The notes under the pieces were generated by a model. The model was not told the origin of the DNA. It saw only the letters and a list, made by a program, of their open reading frames with translations, and searched no databases. Below are positions 49,852 through 59,494 of a stretch of DNA of 64,000 nucleotides, in pieces. Origin of the DNA: Treponemataceae bacterium (GTDB taxonomy: Bacteria > Spirochaetota > Spirochaetia > Treponematales > Rectinemataceae); assembly GCA_963677895.2 (NCBI GenBank), contig CAXXGJ010000021.1:1-64000 (forward strand). The letters are read 5' to 3'. Positions within the stretch are counted from its first letter, which is position 1. Each line of letters opens with the position of its first letter. A program made the position numbers and the translations under genes.

Positions 49852-50574
49852 ATGAGCAGGGTTTTCGCGCACAGGGGTTTGAGCGCTTCGTATCCCGAAA
49901 ATACGATCCTCGCTTTCGGGAAAGCCCTCGATGCGGGCTGCGAAGGCATCGAACTGGATGTCCAGCTTTCCCGGGACGGCGAGCTTGTCGTCATCCATGA
50001 CGAGACGATAGACAGGACAACCGACGGCAAGGGCAAGGTCAGGGATTTTTCTATTGAGGAATTGCGGCGCTTCGACGCGAGCGGACGATTCGCGGGCAGT
50101 TATGGCTTCAATTCCATTCCCGGCCTTTCCGAATACTTCGACCTGGTGAAAGACCGGTCCATCATCACGAACATCGAACTCAAGAACAGCGTATTCGCCT
50201 ATCCCGGCATCGAGGAAAAGCTCATCGCCATGGTAGGAAAATACGGACTTGCCGACAGGGTGCTCTACTCGTCATTCAACCACCAGTCCCTCCTGAAATG
50301 CAGACAAATGGCGCCCCGCTGCGAAATCGCTTTCATCATCAGCTCCTGGCTGATTTCGGCCGGAGACTACTGCAGACGGCAGGGCGGGAACTACATCAAT
50401 CCGCGCTTCGGCTTTCTTACTAAGGAGAATATGGAAGAGCTGCTTGAAAACGGCATCCGGGCCATGGCTTGGACCGTGGACGAGCCCGCGGAAATGAAAA
50501 GGCTCGCCGGCATGGGGGTCGATTCCCTCATCACCAACGAGCCTCTGCTCGCTCTCGACGTTTTGGGCAGATAG
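49852..50574 (+). CDS. Cytoplasmic glycerophosphodiester phosphodiesterase (UgpQ-like)
   Basis: AHRG...PENT, ELDVQ, HDETIDRTT, NIELK, SSF, WTVD. Confidence 0.92.
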   Translation: MSRVFAHRGLSASYPENTILAFGKALDAGCEGIELDVQLSRDGELVVIHDETIDRTTDGKGKVRDFSIEELRRFDASGRFAGSYGFNSIPGLSEYFDLVKDRSIITNIELKNSVFAYPGIEEKLIAMVGKYGLADRVLYSSFNHQSLLKCRQMAPRCEIAFIISSWLISAGDYCRRQGGNYINPRFGFLTKENMEELLENGIRAMAWTVDEPAEMKRLAGMGVDSLITNEPLLALDVLGR

Positions 50575-50614
50575 CGCCGGAGCGATTTTCCGTTCCAGTG
50601 CTAGAGTTCTATTT

Positions 50615-52354
50615 CTAGAGTTCGAGCGACTTGGTCGCTATCCTGTCCAGGACTCTGGCGACGAAGACATCGAGCGCCATGCCATTCTCCTGCCGCCCGT
50701 CCCTGAAACGCACCGAAACGGCTTTTTCGTCCATTTCCTTCTGTCCGACCACCAGCATATAGGGAATTTTCTGGTTCTGCGCGTCGCGGATTTTCGCGTT
50801 CATGCGCGAGTCGGAGAGGTCGGCGCGAGCCCTCATTCCGGCGGCCTTGAGGTCGCTCACCAGCTTCTTGGCGTAATCATCGAAGGCGGGAGCGACGGGA
50901 ATTACCGTTACCTGCTCGGGGCAGAGCCATACGGGGAAAGCGCCCGCGGTGTGCTCGAGGTAAACGCCGAAGAAGCGCTCGATCGAGCCTAGCAGGGCGC
51001 GGTGGACCATGTACGGCCGCTTGCGCTGTCCGTCGGCGTCGACGTAGGTCATGTCGAAACGTTCGGGTTCGTTGAAGTCGAACTGTATGGTGGTAAGCTG
51101 CCATTCGCGACCGATGGCATCCTTTACTTTGAGGTCGATCTTGGGTCCGTAGAAGGCGCCGCCGCCTTCATCGACCTCGTAGGCCAGGCCTTCCTTTTCC
51201 ACTGCCTTGCGGAGACTCTCCAGGGCTGTGCTCCACATCTCGGGGGCGCCGACGGAGTCCTCGGGATTGGATGGCTTGGTGGCCAGGTACGCCTTGATTT
51301 CCTTGAACCCGAGCGTCTTGTGCATAAATAGGGAGAAACGCAGGACTTCGGCGATCTCATCCTGGATCTGATCCGGCGTGCAGATGATGTGCGCGTCGTC
51401 CTGGGTGAAGCCTCGCACGCGCATGAGCCCGTGCAGGGTGCCCGAGCGTTCGTAGCGGTAGACGGTGCCGAGTTCGGCCCAGCGCAGCGGCAGGTCCCGG
51501 TAGGAGTGGTTGTTCGTCTTGTAGATCATGATATGGAAGGGGCAGTTCATCGGCTTGAGGTAGTAGTCATCCTCGTCGATCTTCATCGACGAGTACATGC
51601 CCGCCTTGTAGAAGCCGAGGTGTCCGGAAGTTTCCCAGAGCCAGCTCTTGCCGATATGGGGGGTGAATAGCACTTCATAGCCGTTCTTGTAATGCTCGTC
51701 GCGCCACCAGTTCTCGAGGGCGACGCGGAAGCGTCCGCCCTTAGGGTGCCAGTACACGAGGCCGGGTCCCGCCTCTTCGTGAGTCGAGAAGAGATCCAGA
51801 TCCTTGCCGAGCTTGCGGTGGTCGCGCTTTTCGGCTTCTTCGAGCAGCTTGAGGTGAGCCTCGAGATCGGCCTTGGAGGCGAAGCAGAAGGCGTAAATGC
51901 GGGTGAGCATCGGGCGCTTCTCGTCGCCGCGCCAGTAGGCGCCCGCGATGGTCTTGAGCTTGAAGCAATCGGGCCGGATCGCGCGGGTATTCTCCACATG
52001 AGGTCCCCTGCAGAGATCCATGAAGCCATCCTGCTCGTAGATGGAAATGGTTCCGTCCTCCAGGTCCTCGATCAGCTCCAGCTTGAAAGGCTGGTCGGCG
52101 AAGAGCGCCCTCGCCTCTTCCTTGGAGACTTCCTTCCTGACGAAAGCGTGTCCGCCGGAGATGATGCGTCTCATCTCCTTCTCGATCGAGGGAAGATCTT
52201 CATTCGTTATCGGGGTAGGCAGGAGAAAATCGTAGTAGAACCCCTCGTCGATCGCGGGTCCTATTCCGAACTTGGTGCCGGGAAAGAGATGCAGCACCGC
52301 CTCAGCCATAACATGCGCGGCCGAATGCCTCACCATGTTCACGTCGTTCATCAT
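50615..52354 (-). CDS. thrS: Threonine--tRNA ligase (lacks the N-terminal TGS domain)
   Basis: RHSAAH, DLCRGPH, RDHRKLG, KPMNCP.H, YRYE.SG.LHGL.RVRGFTQDD, HRA.LGS.ERF; SD AAGGAG 8 nt before ATG 52354. Confidence 0.97.
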   Translation of the reverse strand: MMNDVNMVRHSAAHVMAEAVLHLFPGTKFGIGPAIDEGFYYDFLLPTPITNEDLPSIEKEMRRIISGGHAFVRKEVSKEEARALFADQPFKLELIEDLEDGTISIYEQDGFMDLCRGPHVENTRAIRPDCFKLKTIAGAYWRGDEKRPMLTRIYAFCFASKADLEAHLKLLEEAEKRDHRKLGKDLDLFSTHEEAGPGLVYWHPKGGRFRVALENWWRDEHYKNGYEVLFTPHIGKSWLWETSGHLGFYKAGMYSSMKIDEDDYYLKPMNCPFHIMIYKTNNHSYRDLPLRWAELGTVYRYERSGTLHGLMRVRGFTQDDAHIICTPDQIQDEIAEVLRFSLFMHKTLGFKEIKAYLATKPSNPEDSVGAPEMWSTALESLRKAVEKEGLAYEVDEGGGAFYGPKIDLKVKDAIGREWQLTTIQFDFNEPERFDMTYVDADGQRKRPYMVHRALLGSIERFFGVYLEHTAGAFPVWLCPEQVTVIPVAPAFDDYAKKLVSDLKAAGMRARADLSDSRMNAKIRDAQNQKIPYMLVVGQKEMDEKAVSVRFRDGRQENGMALDVFVARVLDRIATKSLEL

Positions 52355-52423
52355 ACGCACAGCTCCTTTTTCGCTGCCTTGAAAGCCCTTATGGGTTCCG
52401 GCGGCGAGTGTCAAATACGACGC

Positions 52424-52787
52424 GGCCCCCATCGCAATACGCCCATACGGGAAGCCGCGCTTCTCGTAAGGACGAATCGCGTGGGGGCCTATGGAACTCG
52501 GGCGCGCTTTACAGCCGTCCGACGTCAGGCTTCACGATGATCCGCGGTGCCACCTTACTTCGGCTCCCCGCGATGGGGGCCGCTCTCGACGCCTTTGACG
52601 GAAGGCCGCCGGAACCGGATACTCGCACCCCGAAGGGGAGGCTTTCACCGGAACTGCTACGGAGTGGTTTTCTTCGGCGCCGCGACGGGATCCTTCCACC
52701 CAGAGGCTCGCGACTACTGCCGCGTGACTGCCGGGATCCCTCTCTCATGACGCTGAGCAAGCCGAATACTTGTCTCCATCATCGCAT
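52424..52787 (-). ncRNA. T-box riboswitch, Thr (ACC) specifier, thrS leader
   Basis: Stem I TGCGATGA-TGGAG-ACAAGTA...AGAGAG...GGTGGAA...GAA-A-ACC-A-CTCC; stem II with GAA/AGTA; IIA/B CCGTCA; stem III; AAGTAAGGTGGCACCGCG (52560-52543); antiterminator 3' arm CGTCCTT (52474-52468). Confidence 0.92.
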
Positions 52788-52926
52788 TTAGCTAAATATC
52801 CTACGGAGAGCTGCCGAATGTCAAGCATAACACCCGGGCGTCGTCGACCGGATGGAGCCGCTTGCCTCCGGAAATGCCGCCGCTATTTCCAAACACCTTG
52901 TTTATAATTATATTCGTAGATATTTT

Positions 52927-53253
52927 ATGAACAGCATGAATGGACAACTAATGAACGAAGGCCAAACGGTATCCCAGGAGGAACGGATCGTCGAACCGAA
53001 AGAACCCGAGGAGTACAGGGTTCTTCTTTTGAACGATGATTTCACGACCATGGAATTTGTCGTCTCCGTACTCATGACGATCTTTCACAAATCCCTGCAG
53101 GAAGCCAACAAGATTATGATCGACGTACACAGGAAAGGCAGGGGCATCGTCGGCGATTACTGCTATGACATCGCCGCCACAAAAATCAATCAGGTACACC
53201 TGCTCGCGAGGCAAATGGGCTTTCCGCTGCGATGTACCATGGAGAAAGTATAA
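52927..53253 (+). CDS. clpS: ATP-dependent Clp protease adaptor ClpS
   Basis: YRVLLLNDDFTTMEFVV, VHRKG.G, FPLRC; exact start uncertain (52927/52936/52951). Confidence 0.95.
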   Translation: MNSMNGQLMNEGQTVSQEERIVEPKEPEEYRVLLLNDDFTTMEFVVSVLMTIFHKSLQEANKIMIDVHRKGRGIVGDYCYDIAATKINQVHLLARQMGFPLRCTMEKV

Positions 53254-53256
53254 GGT

Positions 53257-55632
<2,376 letters not shown>

Positions 55633-55639
55633 AAGCGAG

Positions 55640-56422
55640 ATGATCCGTTTCCTGCGATCCGTACCTTATCTCGATGAAGGTTGTTCCTATTCGTTTCCTT
55701 CAGTGGACGGATCTTCCCCCGAAGGCATCGTGTGCGCGGGAGGCAACCTTTCGCCTGGAGTCCTCCTGTCTTCCTACAGGCAGGGGATTTTTCCCTGGTA
55801 TGGCGAAGGCGACCCCATTCTCTGGTGGAGTCCCAATCCGCGCTTCGCGGTGCTACCCGAGACGTTTCACCTTCCCGACAGTTCGAGAAGGTTATTAAAG
55901 CGCCATGATTTCAGGCTCAGCCTCGACAGGGAATTCAGCCAGGTGATCTCCCGCTGCGCCAGCGTTCAGAGGCCTGGCCAGGACGGTACATGGATTCTCC
56001 CGGAGATGAGGAATGCCTATGAAAGACTCCACGAACTGGGCTATGCCCACTCGGTGGAAGTCTGGCGCGAAGGCTCCCTGGCGGGAGGTCTCTACGGCAT
56101 AAGTCTGGGCGGAGCCTTCTTCGGGGAATCCATGTTCAGTCTGGAAAGCGGGGCTTCGCGCGTGGGCTTTCTCTGTCTCGCGCTGATGCTGTTCGAACAG
56201 GGGTTCACGCTGATAGACAGCCAGGTCCATACGGATTACGTGGCGGGCATGGGGGGCGTCGACCTGCCGCGCGGCGCTTATCTGCGGCGCCTCGAGGCAT
56301 CCCTACCGCAAGGGGACAGAAAAGGCTCCTGGAAAGACGTCTTTCCGCTGTTCCCCGCCTCCAAAGCCCTGGCCGACATCGCCGGCGCCGATAAGATCGA
56401 CGCGAGCCGCGCCGAACCATAG
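55640..56422 (+). CDS. aat: Leucyl/phenylalanyl-tRNA--protein transferase
   Basis: GIFPWY, LWWSP.PR, GTWI, AHSVEVW, GGLYG, GESMFS, IDSQ. Confidence 0.95.
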   Translation: MIRFLRSVPYLDEGCSYSFPSVDGSSPEGIVCAGGNLSPGVLLSSYRQGIFPWYGEGDPILWWSPNPRFAVLPETFHLPDSSRRLLKRHDFRLSLDREFSQVISRCASVQRPGQDGTWILPEMRNAYERLHELGYAHSVEVWREGSLAGGLYGISLGGAFFGESMFSLESGASRVGFLCLALMLFEQGFTLIDSQVHTDYVAGMGGVDLPRGAYLRRLEASLPQGDRKGSWKDVFPLFPASKALADIAGADKIDASRAEP

Positions 56423-56475
56423 AATATTTTACGGTTTTCCCGTACATTTAAGTCAATGACAGGACGTTCAGGACA

Positions 56476-58290
56476 ATGAAAATAATATTCGTGCAGCTGC
56501 CCGTGCAGGATCCCGACTGGAATGACGCGGTGGCCAATGTGCCTTTGGCCGCGGGCTATCTCACCGCCTACGCCGAATCCCAGGGACTGCTTCAAAGATC
56601 GGAATGGAGCATCCTCGATCAAGACATAACCAACTGCGCCTCCGATACAGCCATCATCGAAACCCTCGTGGCCGCGGAGCCCGATGTCGTGGCCTTCAGT
56701 CTCTACGCGTGGAACCTGGAGCGAAGCCTCTATATAGCCGGCAAGGCCAAGGACAGGCTTCCGAGAACCCGGTTTGTCGCCGGCGGTCCCGAAGTGATCG
56801 ACGGCATGCCCATCATGTCCAGGTCCCCCTTCAACGCCCTCGTTTCGGGCGAAGGCGAAATCCCCTTCGCGGAAATCCTGCGCGACATCAAACAGCACCG
56901 GCCTCTCTCCAAACTCTATAAAGCCGAGGGTCTGCTCGATTTGGCGACCCTTCCCAATCCCTATCTGGCGGGCACCCTGCCCATGGTCAAGGACAGCCCC
57001 GTCCATATAGAGACCATGCGCGGCTGCCCCTACCACTGCGCCTACTGTTTTTACGGGAAAAACTACCCCACCCTCAGACGCTATCCCGATGAGCAGGCCA
57101 TCTCCCTCATAAGGAAGGCCTCCCAGGTGGGATCCTCCGAACTGTACATAATGGATCCTTCCTTCCAGTTCGGCGCCGACCTGGAGACGAGGCTGACCGC
57201 TTTCGCGGAAGCGAACACCGCGGCGATTCCGATGCACACCGAGATGAGGCTGGATTCCGTGACGGAAAAGCTGGGCTCCCTCCTGAAATCGGCGGGCATC
57301 GCTTCCATCGAGGCGGGGCTCCAGAGCATCAACCCCAAGGCCCTCGAGGCCGTCAATCGCGGCATGGACAAGGACGGCTTCGTGCGCGGCGCCGAGATCC
57401 TCCAGAAACAGCACATCATCATAAAGACGGGACTCATCCTGGGCCTTCCCTTCGACGGCTATGAGCAGGTCATAGAAACCTTCGACTTCCTCGGCATGCA
57501 TGGTCTCGGCCAGGAAGCGGAACTCTACCCGCTCTCCTTCCTGCCGGGGACGGACGCGAGGGAGAGAGCCGACGAATGGCGCATGTCGCGCATGGAGCTT
57601 CCCCCCTACTGGGTGACGAGCAATGACTGGATATCCGGGGACGACATGATCGACGCGATAGCTTCCTTCGAGGAAAGTTTCGATGTCGAATGGGCTTCGC
57701 CGCCCTCTCCTCATTTTTCTGCCGAAAAGTCCGGATACAAGGCCTTCGTCGATACGAGAAAGCTGGAAAACATCGACTGGATGCGCCTGAATCCCACAAG
57801 GCTGGCCAATTCCGTCACCCTCCTGGCCGACGCCGACGACCCGGAAAGCCTTTCCAGGCTCGTCCGCGCCGCCAGGGATCTGCGGCGGGACAATCCCTAT
57901 ACCCTATACCAGATCATCCTCATGAGCGACACGAGAATACCCTCCGAACGCTTGGTGGAGCGCATCCAGGATGCCTTCATCTATCCGGACCATTATTACG
58001 AACTATCGCATTTCTTCTCGCCCGATCCCCAGGAAGGCTACCAAACGAGGATGTTCTTCGCCACGAAGAATTTCGCCCTCGCCTACAGGGCCATCGAGGA
58101 AGCGCAGGACCTGGAGACGATGGTGATAATATCGGCCAAGGCTGGGTACAACGCCGAAAGGCTCTCCGAGCTCCTTCCCTATGTCATTTTCGACAGGGAG
58201 AGAATCCCCTTCGACAGGCTCTACGAACTGCTTACGCTCTACGCGGACTTTCCCCACATGCTCATCGAGGCGCCCGAGGACCTGTTCTAG
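56476..58290 (+). CDS. B12-binding-domain radical SAM protein with uncharacterised C-terminal extension
   Basis: PLAAGYL, SLYAWN, GGPE, GEGE, RGCPYHCAYC, GLQS, ILGLP. Confidence 0.88.
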   Translation: MKIIFVQLPVQDPDWNDAVANVPLAAGYLTAYAESQGLLQRSEWSILDQDITNCASDTAIIETLVAAEPDVVAFSLYAWNLERSLYIAGKAKDRLPRTRFVAGGPEVIDGMPIMSRSPFNALVSGEGEIPFAEILRDIKQHRPLSKLYKAEGLLDLATLPNPYLAGTLPMVKDSPVHIETMRGCPYHCAYCFYGKNYPTLRRYPDEQAISLIRKASQVGSSELYIMDPSFQFGADLETRLTAFAEANTAAIPMHTEMRLDSVTEKLGSLLKSAGIASIEAGLQSINPKALEAVNRGMDKDGFVRGAEILQKQHIIIKTGLILGLPFDGYEQVIETFDFLGMHGLGQEAELYPLSFLPGTDARERADEWRMSRMELPPYWVTSNDWISGDDMIDAIASFEESFDVEWASPPSPHFSAEKSGYKAFVDTRKLENIDWMRLNPTRLANSVTLLADADDPESLSRLVRAARDLRRDNPYTLYQIILMSDTRIPSERLVERIQDAFIYPDHYYELSHFFSPDPQEGYQTRMFFATKNFALAYRAIEEAQDLETMVIISAKAGYNAERLSELLPYVIFDRERIPFDRLYELLTLYADFPHMLIEAPEDLF

Positions 58291-59264
58291 TACATAGCCT
58301 TGAGATCGGCTTCGCTGGAGCAGGTTCCCTTCGTGAGATAGTCCCTTATATTCCCCACGGTTATATCTATCGCGCGCAGCGTCGCCTGGTTCGTCGTGCC
58401 GCCCACGTGGGGCGACAGGATTACGTTGGGAAGCTCGTGGATCGGGAATCGCGAAGGCGCGCCGGTCCTGCCCGTCTGAGGATAGGTGTACCAGGTGTCG
58501 ATCGCCGCCGCCCTGAGGATGCCGTCCTTGAGCGCGAGGTAGAGCCCTTCCTCGTCCACGATCGAACCTCTTCCCACGTTCACCAGGACCTTATCCTTCA
58601 TCGTGGCGAGGATTTCCCTGGTCAGCAGGCCGTCGGTGAGGGGCGTCGCCGGCAAGGCGATGAAGACGATCTCGGCTCTGGCGATCGCTTCTCTCAGGTC
58701 AGGTATCACTTCGTCGAAACCCTCGGGAAGCGCCATGCCCGTCTTCCGGCGCCATCCGTAAACCTCGCAATGAAAGGCCTTCAGGAGCTTCGCGAGCTCG
58801 CTTCCTATCGCCCCCGTGCCCAGGATCGCGCACTTTCGTCCAAAGAGACTGTCCCAATTGTCCTCGGCGCCTCGCCTCACCCAGAATCCGTGCCAGAGCC
58901 CTTGCTTGAGGTCGTTGTGGTATTCGACGATGCGGCCGAAGTAGGCCAAGGTCATGGCCAGCGCTTTTTCCGCCACGTCGAAGGCGTTCGCGTGGACATT
59001 GTAGACATGGACACCGCGATCGGCCAGCTGCTTCAGGGGCAGATGGTTGATGCCGGTAAAGGACTGGAAAATGGCCTTCAGCCGCGGCGAGGCGAGGTAG
59101 GTTTCCTTAGGCAGCTGGCCCGCGAGCAGCGCGTCCAGCTCTGTCGCTTCCGGAGCGTCCGGTTTCAGGCCATGGAGGAAGGTATGCTGCGGAAATTCCA
59201 GCCTGAGAGCCTCGATGCGCCCCTCCCAAACGGAATGCTGTGGCATGAACGAGCCGATGATCAT
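58287..59264 (-). CDS. D-isomer-specific 2-hydroxyacid dehydrogenase
   Basis: GTGAIG, NVGRG, IDTW, SPHVGG; SD AAGGAG before ATG 59264. Confidence 0.9.
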   Translation of the reverse strand: MIIGSFMPQHSVWEGRIEALRLEFPQHTFLHGLKPDAPEATELDALLAGQLPKETYLASPRLKAIFQSFTGINHLPLKQLADRGVHVYNVHANAFDVAEKALAMTLAYFGRIVEYHNDLKQGLWHGFWVRRGAEDNWDSLFGRKCAILGTGAIGSELAKLLKAFHCEVYGWRRKTGMALPEGFDEVIPDLREAIARAEIVFIALPATPLTDGLLTREILATMKDKVLVNVGRGSIVDEEGLYLALKDGILRAAAIDTWYTYPQTGRTGAPSRFPIHELPNVILSPHVGGTTNQATLRAIDITVGNIRDYLTKGTCSSEADLKAMY

Positions 59265-59494
59265 GATTTGCTCCTTTCGCTTGATTCCGTCTTTCAGGAT
59301 AGAGGGAGATCCGGCCGTTTTCAAGACTCCCGGGAATATTGCGGCAAAAGGTTCGAGAACATGGCCTGATTCCCGCTGGTAGGGCCGGGAAAATGTGATA
59401 TACATTAAGCAAAGGGATTTTTGCCCGGGCCTTTGATGCCGATAAATTAAATATAATATGCATGCCTGCATAGAGTTCCAAGGAGAGGTAGACG

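Noticed and set aside
52355..52791. Small ORFs (127, 83, 67 aa) and the 26-aa N-terminal extension of thrS
   Set aside because: They overlap the T-box leader; the SD supports ATG 52354
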